Assembly (NCBI GenBank): GCA_937148845.1
Contig: CAKZRW010000027.1
Location: forward strand, 3,555-67,554
Reading direction: 5' to 3'
Origin: an uncultured Actinomycetes bacterium
GTDB lineage: Bacteria > Actinomycetota > Thermoleophilia > RBG-16-64-13
Length of the DNA: 64,000 bases
In this document: positions 19,654-28,549 of the stretch, one piece after another
Layout of the letters: every line of letters begins with the position of its first letter
How positions within the stretch are numbered: position 1 is the stretch's first letter
Position numbers and translations under genes: made by a program
The notes under the pieces: generated by a model
What the model saw: the letters and a program-made list of their open reading frames with translations, nothing else
What the model was told of the DNA's origin: nothing
Database searches by the model: none

Positions 19654-20265
19654 TCATTCGGCGGCATCCGCGGACTTCTCCGGGTCGTCCAAAGACCCCT
19701 CCGGCGCCTCGAGGGGCTCGGGCGGTTCTACTATCTCGCGCAAGGCTGCTGCCGCTCTCACCAGAATGCGCTGCCAGTCGTGCAGCATTTCCGGCCCCAG
19801 GCGGTCCAAGAGACTCATGACGCTACGCCTCAGGCTCTGCTCGCTTATCTCGAACAGACGGGCGGTCTCAGGCGCCAGGCGGATGAGTACAGACCGGCGG
19901 TCACTCTTGGACCGGGTCCGCTTCAGCATCTTCTTCTTGACCAAGAGGTCCACCATGACGGAGGCGGCCGCCGGGGTCACCCCGATGGTCTCCGCCAGTT
20001 TCTTCAGGGTCACCCCTTCCGGGTAGATCTCGGTCAACTGGCGGACGGCGATGACAGTATTGCCTTGGCTCCTGGTGACGTCGTCTACCCAGAGGACTTC
20101 CGGGCGCTTGCCCCGTTGCACCTCGCGCGTGGCCTGGGTGCGGAGCAGCTCCAAGACCTCCTCGGTGAGTCTCCAGATCGACTCGGAGACCTGCTCGACG
20201 GTTGTGGAGACTTCTGTTGGCTCCGTAAGGGTAGGATCGGTTTGGTGGGTCAGTGCCTCGCTCAG
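19654..20265 (-). CDS. MarR-family transcriptional regulator (probable CTG start at 20265)
   Basis: wHTH GVTLKKLAETIGVTPAAASVMVDLLVKKKMLKR and DRRSV wing; AAGGAGG lies 5 nt before an in-frame CTG. Confidence 0.85.
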   Translation of the reverse strand: MSEALTHQTDPTLTEPTEVSTTVEQVSESIWRLTEEVLELLRTQATREVQRGKRPEVLWVDDVTRSQGNTVIAVRQLTEIYPEGVTLKKLAETIGVTPAAASVMVDLLVKKKMLKRTRSKSDRRSVLIRLAPETARLFEISEQSLRRSVMSLLDRLGPEMLHDWQRILVRAAAALREIVEPPEPLEAPEGSLDDPEKSADAAE

Positions 20266-20354
20266 GGTTTCCTCCTTGCTAGCCCGGGCATCACCGGCAG
20301 GTGGCGACCCGGGGACGCTTGCACGGCGTACGATACCAGAATTGTGCCCTTAGC

Positions 20355-20383
20355 TTGACAACTTAACTTGTGTTAACTAACTT
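20355..20383 (+). promoter_or_regulatory. Promoter TTGACA-N17-TAACTT with operator TTAAC-N4-GTTAA (20363-20376) in the spacer
   Basis: Read directly; divergent from marR. Confidence 0.7.
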
Positions 20384-20487
20384 CATGGCTCTGGGCTCGT
20401 TAGTCTGTAATCTGCGAGCCAAGGACTACAGTCGAGGAATATGAGAGCGGTAGGCGCTGGCATGCTCCACCGTAGGGAGGTCCGCCG

Positions 20488-21420
20488 ATGAACCAGAAAA
20501 TCGGTTTCATAGGTCTCGGGCAGATGGGTCGGCCCATGTGCCGCCGGCTGTTGGCTGCCGGGTTTGACCTTGTGCTTCACGATCTGGACCCGGAGGTGGC
20601 GGCGCCCCTGCTTGCCCAAGGGGCGGCTTGGGCAGGTACCCCCGCGGAAGTGGCCCGGGCCTGTCGCGTGGTCATCACCTGTCTACCTACGCCGCAGGCG
20701 GTGGAAGAGGTCGTCTTGGGACCGACCGGGCTCAGGGCTGGGTGGCAGCCCGGAGATCTCTACATCGACATGAGCACCAATGCCCCCTCGCTAATACGCC
20801 GCCTGGCTCAAGAAGCCGCCCAGATCGGGGTGGGGGTCCTTGATGCGCCGGTGAGCGGAGGCACAGTAGGGGCAGAAGCCGGCACCCTCACCATCATGGT
20901 CGGGGGCGAAGCCGCCTGGCTGGACAAGGTCCGTTCCCTCCTCGAACCCTTGGCTGCCCGCATCTTCCACATGGGTGAAGTGGGCTGCGGCAATGTGGCC
21001 AAGCTGGTCAACAACCTAGTGGGCCTGGCCTGTAACTCCATCTCCGCCGAAGGCATGGTGCTGGGGGTGAAAGCGGGCCTCGATCCTCAGATACTCTACG
21101 AGCTCATGACAGTCAGTACGGCTGACAACTGGAGTCTAAGACAATATCCCCGCACGGTCTTCAAGCGCAACTTCGCCCCTGGCTTCAAGATAAATCTAGC
21201 CCACAAGGACTTGACGCTCGCCCTTGCTCTCGGCCGGGAGCATGGGGTGCCTCTAGCGGTGGCGGAAGCGGTCAAGGCTGATCTAGAGGCCGCCATAGCC
21301 GCCGGCTTGGGCGAGCAAGGTGTGGATGCTGTCATCCTGCCTCGGGAAGCCAGGACGGGCGTGGTCGTGGGGGGACCGACCCAAGAGCACCAGCCAAAGG
21401 GAGTAGCCACATGGTCATAG
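20488..21420 (+). CDS. Beta-hydroxyacid dehydrogenase (3-hydroxyisobutyrate/tartronate semialdehyde reductase family)
   Basis: GFIGLGQMG, DAPVSGG, KLVNN, FAPGF. Confidence 0.92.
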   Translation: MNQKIGFIGLGQMGRPMCRRLLAAGFDLVLHDLDPEVAAPLLAQGAAWAGTPAEVARACRVVITCLPTPQAVEEVVLGPTGLRAGWQPGDLYIDMSTNAPSLIRRLAQEAAQIGVGVLDAPVSGGTVGAEAGTLTIMVGGEAAWLDKVRSLLEPLAARIFHMGEVGCGNVAKLVNNLVGLACNSISAEGMVLGVKAGLDPQILYELMTVSTADNWSLRQYPRTVFKRNFAPGFKINLAHKDLTLALALGREHGVPLAVAEAVKADLEAAIAAGLGEQGVDAVILPREARTGVVVGGPTQEHQPKGVATWS

Positions 21421-21779
21421 TAGAAAGCAGCACAGTAGAAGTAGCACACATGAGCCCCGAGAACGATCCCATCGTCAAGTCCGCCCCGGTGAGTGGCCGC
21501 CGACTCTTTCACATGACCGCCGAGACCGGGGGCTGGGGAGCCGCTCTCACCAGCTTCGGCATCGGGGGGCGCTTGGACTGGCATGTGCATGACTCCGAGC
21601 AGATCCTCTTCATTACCGAGGGGAGGGGCATCGTGGCCACCAAGGAGAAGGAGTATGTGGTCACCCCCGGCTGCCTGGTCTATATCCCGGCAGGAGAGGT
21701 CCACTGGCATGGGGCTTGCCCCGACTCCGCCATGAGCCACCTCAACCTGCAGAAGGCTGGCATCCGCCGGGCGGAGTAG
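21411..21779 (+). CDS. Small cupin-domain protein (Cupin_2-like)
   Basis: WHVHDSEQILFITEGRG, IPAGEVHWHGA. Confidence 0.85.
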   Translation: MVIVESSTVEVAHMSPENDPIVKSAPVSGRRLFHMTAETGGWGAALTSFGIGGRLDWHVHDSEQILFITEGRGIVATKEKEYVVTPGCLVYIPAGEVHWHGACPDSAMSHLNLQKAGIRRAE

Positions 21780-22458
21780 CGGTGTCAGGCCCAGCTTTGC
21801 CGCCAGGCGGCGTGGCGGCATCGGGCCGAGCTTTTTCGCCAGGCGGCATAGCCGCGATGGAGTCGAGGATGAAATCCAGCATACGAAGCGAGCGGGTCTC
21901 GTTCCACTCGTGAGAGATGCCCATCAGGTGAGCAATGTCCTCGGTCCAGGCGCGACTTACCAACATCCAGGCGGTCTGCAGAGGATCGACCTCGGGCCGC
22001 ACTGAGCCTTCTTGCTTAGCCTGCCGTATCAAGTCGGCTATCTGGTGGATGAGCACTAGGTGCTTCTGCCCCAAAGTCTCGCGCAGCCCCTCTTCTGGCG
22101 GAGCCGCAATGAACTCGAACAGAGCCAACACCGAGCGGTCATCGCGGCCCAGGAGCTGCGAATGGCGGCCTTCGATGGTCCGCAGGCGATCGAGTGCGTT
22201 GCCGTTCGGCACCTCGCGGTGGAGTGAGGTGCGGTGCTCCATGAGGACGTCGAGCGAGGCCAAGAGGATCTCGCGTCGGTTGCGGAAGTGCGCATAGAGG
22301 GCCGGAGTGGTCACCCCTACCCGGTCCGCTATACGCGACAGGGTGGTGCCTCTAACCCCGTGCTCTGCGATCAGGTCCAGTGTAGCTCTCACAATCTGCT
22401 CCCGGCGGGCGTCACGGTTGAGTCTTCTCCTCGGCCCGGGGGCGAAGTGGGGATTCAT
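21742..22458 (-). CDS. TetR/AcrR-family regulator
   Basis: GVRGTTLSRIADRVGVTTPALYAHFRNR. Confidence 0.9.
   Translation of the reverse strand: MNPHFAPGPRRRLNRDARREQIVRATLDLIAEHGVRGTTLSRIADRVGVTTPALYAHFRNRREILLASLDVLMEHRTSLHREVPNGNALDRLRTIEGRHSQLLGRDDRSVLALFEFIAAPPEEGLRETLGQKHLVLIHQIADLIRQAKQEGSVRPEVDPLQTAWMLVSRAWTEDIAHLMGISHEWNETRSLRMLDFILDSIAAMPPGEKARPDAATPPGGKAGPDTATPPGGCQPSAG
21764..21856. repeat. Imperfect 36-nt tandem repeat (about 2.6 copies) encoding the TetR C-terminal tail
   Basis: Units start at 21764, 21800 and 21836; peptide PPGEKARPDAAT/PPGGKAGPDTAT/PPGG. Confidence 0.7.
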
Positions 22459-22515
22459 AGTGCATCCCTTGGAGACGGTGAGGTTCTGCTTCCTTAGTAT
22501 CGGCGCGCCTCCGGC

Positions 22516-23607
22516 CTAGAACTTGAAGGTAGCGGGCGCGGGCAGCGGCGTGAACTCGCCTTCATGGAACTTGGCGTTGTCGGTCAGAGCCAAGACCAGC
22601 ATGTAGTAAGGCCGCTCGACACGCTTGAAGTAGTTGGGATTATGTAGCACCCCCCCTGGCACGTAGATGGACGTCGGCTCGGTGAAGCTATAGTCCTCGT
22701 CGCCGAGATACGCGACCACTTCCCCACCCAAGTTGAGCGTGTCGTGGGGGTCCGTGGGCAGGTAGAGGAAGACTTCGTCGTAGCTCTGATAGTGCTGCAT
22801 GCCTTTCGTCCAGTCCCAATACGACATGGGGTCGTTCTTGGCGAGGTCAGCCAAGGTGGGGACTCCTACGCCGGTTCCGCCCGCGTAGACCAAGAAGAAC
22901 TCGGTCCAAAGAGGGGCCCGGCAGACCTTGTCGTCGAACATGAGATTGGGGGTGCACACACGACCCAGGAGGAACGATATGTAGATGTCCTGTGACAGGG
23001 TCAGACGGTTGACGTAAGGAGCGTATTTCCCCGGACCTGGCTGCGGCACGCCGACGAGATCAGGATCGAACTTGCCTGGATAAGGATAGTAGCGGGTGCC
23101 CTCTCCCCACAGGCGGAAAACATTGGTGAGCGACACGCAGATGACCATGATGGGATGCCGCGGGTCATTCACTTTGGTCACGATCCAAGGATTGTGGGGC
23201 ACTCCCTTGGGTACGAACACGGCCGTAGGGTCAGGCATCACGAACTTTTCCGCCTCATCCCCGGCGCCGAGCCACATCTCCACTTGTCCGCCCAGGCGGG
23301 TGTTGTCGGTATGGTCGCTCCCGATGAAGTAGTACACCTCGTCGAAATCGTCGTGTGAGTGGGTGCCCAGGTTCTTGAGCTCCTCGACTGGCCGACCGTC
23401 GACCAGGGGGGTGAACTTGCTGGGGGCAAGAAAACCGGTTCCGGGGGCATAGGCATAGTAGATCTCAGCCCGGATGGGCGACTCCGGGGTGGTCTTCTGG
23501 TCGTGGACCAGGGGGAAATCCGAGATCTTGCCCCGGAAAGAAGGGCTGATGAACTCCGTGCCCAGCCTAAGAGGCTGCACATATTTGGAGTACTGTCGCT
23601 CTTGCAT
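22516..23607 (-). CDS. Two-domain atypical cupin-like protein
   Basis: Internal duplication: HSHDDFDE..LGGQVE..VFVPKGVPHNP and QHYQSYDE..LGGEVV..IYVPGGVLHNP. Confidence 0.75.
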   Translation of the reverse strand: MQERQYSKYVQPLRLGTEFISPSFRGKISDFPLVHDQKTTPESPIRAEIYYAYAPGTGFLAPSKFTPLVDGRPVEELKNLGTHSHDDFDEVYYFIGSDHTDNTRLGGQVEMWLGAGDEAEKFVMPDPTAVFVPKGVPHNPWIVTKVNDPRHPIMVICVSLTNVFRLWGEGTRYYPYPGKFDPDLVGVPQPGPGKYAPYVNRLTLSQDIYISFLLGRVCTPNLMFDDKVCRAPLWTEFFLVYAGGTGVGVPTLADLAKNDPMSYWDWTKGMQHYQSYDEVFLYLPTDPHDTLNLGGEVVAYLGDEDYSFTEPTSIYVPGGVLHNPNYFKRVERPYYMLVLALTDNAKFHEGEFTPLPAPATFKF

Positions 23608-23703
23608 CGTCCTTTTCCTTCCTAATGTCACCCTGTGTATGAGTGGAGCAGGTCAGTCGGGCGTCAGTTGGACCGCGAGTACTTTCAGGGGTCCATCGCA
23701 CCC

Positions 23704-23755
23704 AACATAGAGGAGAAAGGAGCCTTCAGTCAAGGAGGTCGTTAAACTGATTTAA
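23704..23755 (-). promoter_or_regulatory. Operator TTAA-N6-TTAA (23742-23755) plus promoter TTGACT-N18-TATGTT
   Basis: Operator lies 8 nt upstream of the -35 box (23733-23728). Confidence 0.6.
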
Positions 23756-23786
23756 GTTTGTCGGGCAGACTCGTGGCTCGCTTCTC

Positions 23787-23844
23787 CATTAAGTTAGTAA
23801 AGCTTAATGAATTGCTTGACTGACCTTGGCGGCCCGGGTATGGT
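23787..23844 (+). promoter_or_regulatory. Operator TTAG-N6-TTAA (23794-23807) plus promoter TTGACT-N17-TATGGT
   Basis: Also forms CATTAAG-N9-CTTAATG; near-copy of the 17598 site. Confidence 0.7.
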
Positions 23845-24111
23845 GGATACGGCTCGGCGGGTGGAGGGTTGCCAGCCGGCCCAGGGAGCGAGGCTCGGGA
23901 CCCCCTGACTGTCTCAGCCGGAAGACGAAGTGACCCCCGGCTGCGGCTCTGGGCGCGGAGAGGGAGCCGGACTCTCCCGGCCCGTCCCCCCGGGGAGCAA
24001 GGCTCTGGTTCATGCGCTTTTCACCCTGCCGGGCCCTAAAGCACGAGTGACACCGCTAGGTAGCAAGAGCGGGGAAGGAAGAACGGGGAAGAGGATCCCA
24101 GGGAGGGAGTC

Positions 24112-24741
24112 ATGGCGACGCTGGAAGAGCTTCAAGCACGACTCACGCGTTTGGACGATATCAACAAGATCGAACGGCTGCAGCGCATCTACGGCTACTA
24201 CCAGGATTACGGCGAGTGGGAGAAGATAGTCGATCTGTTCACCGACAACGACCCCAGCGTGGAGGAAGCCGACCGTGGAGTCTACCGGGGCAAGGAGAGC
24301 GTCCGGCGCTACTACGTGGACCTTCTGGGCGGAGGCCCGGGACACAAGCCGCGGCCCGGATGGCTCAACATCATGTTCCAGTTGCAAGGGGTTATCACCT
24401 TCGAGTCGGACGGTCTTATGGCGCACGCTCGCTGGTACGGCATGGGCATGGAGGCGAAACCCATCGTCTCACTGCACGAGGGTGAGCTTCGCCAGACTTG
24501 GATACATGGCATCTACGAGAACAGCTACGTTAAAGAAGAGGGCGTGTGGAAGTTCAAGAAGCTTCATTTCAATCTGGTTTTCCGCACGCCGTTCGAGGAC
24601 GGCTGGCTGAAGGTGCCGGTGGTCGGCCAGCTGGGCCCCGACCCTGATATTCCCCCGGACGAGCCGCCCACGGCCTACTACCCGTACCCCTCTGGCTACC
24701 ACGTACCCTTCTCGTTCAAGCATCCCGTGACTGGGCAATAG
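24112..24741 (+). CDS. SnoaL-like/NTF2-fold protein (BaiE/LinA-like)
   Basis: LDDINKIERLQRIYGYYQD, ARW, GIYENSYVKEEGVWKFKKL. Confidence 0.82.
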   Translation: MATLEELQARLTRLDDINKIERLQRIYGYYQDYGEWEKIVDLFTDNDPSVEEADRGVYRGKESVRRYYVDLLGGGPGHKPRPGWLNIMFQLQGVITFESDGLMAHARWYGMGMEAKPIVSLHEGELRQTWIHGIYENSYVKEEGVWKFKKLHFNLVFRTPFEDGWLKVPVVGQLGPDPDIPPDEPPTAYYPYPSGYHVPFSFKHPVTGQ

Positions 24742-24792
24742 GCAGCTAGGTGTGGACCGGAAAAGGTAGCGATTGGGGGAAAGGAGCCCAGG

Positions 24793-25407
24793 GTGACCAT
24801 GACGCTGGAAGAGCTTGAGCGCGAAGTGACCCGCTTGGAGGATATCCAAGCCATCAAAGAGCTGCAGATGAAGTACGGCTACTACATGGACTCGCATCAC
24901 CGGCAGGAGGTGGTCGACCTATTTTTCGAGGACACGGAGTCGATCGAGATCGAAAGCACCGGCCTCTTCATCGGCAAAGAAGGAGTGAAGAAGTTCTTTC
25001 TGGACAACGATCTGCTGCAACCGGGGCAGACCGAGGTACCGGGTTGGGTCAACATCCGGATCTTCATGGACCAGCCGGTCATCGACATCGACCCCTCGGG
25101 AACCACGGCCAAAGGCCGGTGGTCGACCTGGCTGGCGGAAGCGATGGTGGTGGGCGGCATCCCACGGCAGCAGTGGGTGCACGGTTACTACGAGAATGAG
25201 TACGTGAAGGAGAACGGTAAGTGGTTGTTCAAGAAACTTCACTGGAATGTGACCTTCTTCACGTCGTTCGAGCGGGGTTGGCTGAACGTCCCGCTACTAG
25301 GTCTTCTCAATCGGCCGGACGCCGATGCCCCTGCCCCTCACTTCCATCCTTATCCTTCGGGGTATCGGTTGCCGTATCACTTCGTACACCCCGTGACCGG
25401 GTGTTGA
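24793..25407 (+). CDS. SnoaL-like/NTF2-fold protein, paralog of the upstream gene
   Basis: LEDIQAIKELQMKYGYYMD, AKGRW, GYYENEYVKENGKWLFKKL, shared YPSGY..HPVTG tail. Confidence 0.82.
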   Translation: MTMTLEELEREVTRLEDIQAIKELQMKYGYYMDSHHRQEVVDLFFEDTESIEIESTGLFIGKEGVKKFFLDNDLLQPGQTEVPGWVNIRIFMDQPVIDIDPSGTTAKGRWSTWLAEAMVVGGIPRQQWVHGYYENEYVKENGKWLFKKLHWNVTFFTSFERGWLNVPLLGLLNRPDADAPAPHFHPYPSGYRLPYHFVHPVTGC

Positions 25408-25445
25408 GGGCGGCGCGGGCGCGGTATTGCGCGCCCGCGCCGCCC
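25408..25445. terminator. 16-bp GC hairpin after the SnoaL pair
   Basis: GGGCGGCGCGGGCGCG-N6-CGCGCCCGCGCCGCCC; no U-tract. Confidence 0.55.
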
Positions 25446-25484
25446 CCTCGCGTCCCCAAGCCCCTGGTTTGAGCGGAGGTGGGC

Positions 25485-26237
25485 ATGAAGCCAGCGACCC
25501 TCGACTTCAGCGTACTTGAAAGACTGGGACTTTCTCGCCTGCCGGTGGGGGTGAAGTTCCTGCCCTACAGGCCCCAAGGCGTGGCACGGCTGGACCGTGG
25601 CCTGAATTTCTGCCAGATGTTCGTGGCTGCCCAGGAGGGGCCGGCGTTCTATGTCGAACGCGCGGATTTTCGCTGCGTAGAGCCGATGATACTGGGCATG
25701 GAAGACCTTGACCCGGTTCCGCTCAGCGGGCTGGTGGGAGAGTTGGACGGCCTCTACGAAGAACTCCGGGCCAACCAGAAGGCTTATTACGTCATTCCCC
25801 GCTTGCTGCGGGGCACTGTGAAGTGCGTGGTCTTCGCCTCTCTAAGACATCTCTCGTTCGACCCCGATGTTCTTCTTCTGGTCGCCGACAACACCGACCA
25901 GGCCAGGACTGTGATGAGGGCGACAGTGTATTCCACTGGCGAGGCGTGGACCGCGAAGGGGACGCCGATACTGGCGTGTGCCTGGCTCTACGTCTACCCC
26001 TACCTGAGCGGCGAGGTCAACTACATGGTCAGTGGCATGAGTATGGGTATGCAGGCGCTCGAGGTGCTTCCCCAAGGCCTGATGATCATCGCTATTCCTT
26101 GGCAGAAACTACCCATGGTTCTATGCAACCTGACGAAGATGGACTGGCACCCCTTGTCGGAGAACATCACTGGAGAAGAGCACAAAGAACGCTTTGCCGC
26201 CTTACTGAAGGAGATCGAGCAGAAGATCGATGAATGA
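25485..26237 (+). CDS. DUF169-family protein
   Basis: PVGVKF, FCQM, FDPDVLL, ACAWLYVYPYLSGEVNY, IIAIP. Confidence 0.75.
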   Translation: MKPATLDFSVLERLGLSRLPVGVKFLPYRPQGVARLDRGLNFCQMFVAAQEGPAFYVERADFRCVEPMILGMEDLDPVPLSGLVGELDGLYEELRANQKAYYVIPRLLRGTVKCVVFASLRHLSFDPDVLLLVADNTDQARTVMRATVYSTGEAWTAKGTPILACAWLYVYPYLSGEVNYMVSGMSMGMQALEVLPQGLMIIAIPWQKLPMVLCNLTKMDWHPLSENITGEEHKERFAALLKEIEQKIDE

Positions 26238-26408
26238 CAGCTTCGCCAGAGGATGGGCGGCAAGGAATCCAGCGTTAGCAGTCCGAACGGCCGGGATTCT
26301 CCGCGGCAGCAGTCCATGCCGCCAGTACCCCTCGGGGAGGGCCTTGCCCGAGGCTTTAGAGGCGAGGACAGATACTGACCTACACCGTAGACCCAGGGAG
26401 GCAGGAAG

Positions 26409-27176
26409 ATGCACGACTATTCAGTGTTCGGTCGTTTTGACTTCGAGTGGAGCCCAGTGGGGGTGAGCTTTCTGCTAAAAGAGCCCCAGGGCGTCAGGCA
26501 GCTCGAAAAACAACTGGCCTTGTGCGAGATGTTCAGGGAAGCGCAAGCCGGGCCGCCCTTCTACGTGACGGCCGACAATTTCCAGTGCGGCACCCAAGTC
26601 GTGGGTTTGGCGGACTTTCCTCCCGTCATGTACAGCGGACAACTGGGGCCCGAGTTCTCCATGTTCAAGACCCCTTCTGCCAATCGGCGCGTCTACGACT
26701 ACGTGCCGGTGCTGCCCCGGGATTCGGTCCGCTACTTGGTCCACGCCCGGCTGGAGGAGATGACCTTCGACCCGGACCTGCTGATTCTTACCGCGAACGC
26801 GGCGCAGGCGGAGATCATCCTGCGGGCGAGCAGCTACTCCGACGGTCGCATGTGGTGCGCGCAAGGTTCGAGTTGTCTTGCCTGTGCCTGGCTCTACGCT
26901 TTCCCCTACTTGCGCGGCGAGCTCAACTACACCGTCAGCGGTCTGGGTTTCAGCATGAAAGCCCGCCAGGTCATGCCCGACGGCCTGATCCTGATCGCGG
27001 TCCCGGGGGAGATGCTCTCCCAGCTGATCGAGAATCTCAACGACATGGAGTGGGAACCGAAGTGGTTCAAGCTGGGTCGGGAGGGCTTCGTGCAGGCCGT
27101 CAGGGAGCTTGAGGCTCGCCTCTCCCAGGAGTACCCGCCGGAGCTAGTGTGGGGCGAAGGCGGCGGCGTGCGGTGA
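26409..27176 (+). CDS. DUF169-family protein, paralog
   Basis: PVGVSF, LCEM, FDPDLLI, ACAWLYAFPYLRGELNY, LIAVP. Confidence 0.75.
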   Translation: MHDYSVFGRFDFEWSPVGVSFLLKEPQGVRQLEKQLALCEMFREAQAGPPFYVTADNFQCGTQVVGLADFPPVMYSGQLGPEFSMFKTPSANRRVYDYVPVLPRDSVRYLVHARLEEMTFDPDLLILTANAAQAEIILRASSYSDGRMWCAQGSSCLACAWLYAFPYLRGELNYTVSGLGFSMKARQVMPDGLILIAVPGEMLSQLIENLNDMEWEPKWFKLGREGFVQAVRELEARLSQEYPPELVWGEGGGVR

Positions 27177-28432
27177 GTCCGAGCTCCGGGATGACCGCCT
27201 ACCGGAGCACTCTGAGGGCTTGCAACCTGGCGGGCTTCATCCAGAGTGCGACCATGAACCTCTCGCCCTTTCTCTTCGTGCCGCTCAAGCTGCTCTACGG
27301 GCTTTCCTACACCCAGCTAGGAACCCTGGTGCTGGTTAACTTCGCGGCCCAGTTCGCGGCCGACCTGTATTTCGGTGGGCCGGTCAACAGGTACGGATAC
27401 AGGCCCTTCTGCGTGGGTTCGCAGCTGGCCATCGTCGTAGGTTTGGCGCTCTTTGCCGGTGCCCCCTGGCTGGCGCCTCGGAGAGAGATGGTCGTGTTCG
27501 TGCTGGCGACCGTCGTCTTCTCCGCAGCTGCTGGTCTTCTGGAGGTGCTGCTTTCCCCCATCACCAAGAGCATCCCGGCCGAAAACAGCGAGGCCAACTT
27601 CATGATCATGCACAGCGCCTTTGCCGGAGGCATCTTCGCTGCTGCGCTGGTGACGACTTTGCTGCTTCGGGTCTTAGGTATCGCGCGCTGGCAGGTGGTG
27701 GTGGCGCTCTGGGCGCTCCTCCCTTTGTACAACACCTTCCGCTTCGTGAGGGTTCCGCTACCGACCATCGTGCCCCAACACCTGCGCATGAAAACCGCGA
27801 GGCTGCTGGCGCACCCAGCCTTCATAACAGCCTTCATGGCCATCTTCTTCGGGGCGGCCACGGAGCTCCTCATCGTGCAGTGGGGCTCGACCTACCTGGA
27901 AAAGGGTCTGGGACTGCCCAAGGTGGCAGGGGATGTGCTGGGCTTGTGCTTCTTCGCAGCGATGTTGGCAGCGGCGCGTCTCCTGTATGCCAAGAAGGGG
28001 GAGAGGGCGAATCTCAACCACCTCATGGTCGGCGGTTCACTGGCCTGCGTGCTCCTGTATTTGACCGTGGCTTTGGCGCCGAAAGCCTGGCTGGTCCTGG
28101 TGGCGTTCGGGCTCATCGGGTTCTGTTCCTCCATGCTGTGGACCGGGACGCTGGTGGTGGCTGCAGACCGTCTGCCCTTCACCGGAGCGCTGATCTTCGG
28201 GCTGCTTGCCGGAGGGGGAGATCTGGGTATCGCCGTGAGCGGTCAGGTAGTGGGCTGGCTTTCTGATTTCCTTGCGGCCCGCGCGCCGGCGGGCCGCTCG
28301 GCGGCTGAATACGGGCTGCAGACGGCGATGCTGGTGGCCATGGCGATACCGGTGCTGTCCACAATCTGTCAACTCCCCTTGTGGAGGTTGGCTCCCCATC
28401 GTCGCTCGGCCGGACAGCGCCCGCAGGGTTGA
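27173..28432 (+). CDS. MFS transporter
   Basis: About 12 hydrophobic segments, NRYGYR loop; GTG start overlaps the upstream stop. Confidence 0.85.
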   Translation: MSPSSGMTAYRSTLRACNLAGFIQSATMNLSPFLFVPLKLLYGLSYTQLGTLVLVNFAAQFAADLYFGGPVNRYGYRPFCVGSQLAIVVGLALFAGAPWLAPRREMVVFVLATVVFSAAAGLLEVLLSPITKSIPAENSEANFMIMHSAFAGGIFAAALVTTLLLRVLGIARWQVVVALWALLPLYNTFRFVRVPLPTIVPQHLRMKTARLLAHPAFITAFMAIFFGAATELLIVQWGSTYLEKGLGLPKVAGDVLGLCFFAAMLAAARLLYAKKGERANLNHLMVGGSLACVLLYLTVALAPKAWLVLVAFGLIGFCSSMLWTGTLVVAADRLPFTGALIFGLLAGGGDLGIAVSGQVVGWLSDFLAARAPAGRSAAEYGLQTAMLVAMAIPVLSTICQLPLWRLAPHRRSAGQRPQG

Positions 28433-28549
28433 GGACCACTCGGTCTCGTTCCAACTGACCGAGAGGTATACACTAGGACAAACCGGGCCGGAGATCACCC
28501 GGCTGGGGCCACCATCGAGTGGGCGGCGCAATCTTATGAGGGAGGGACA

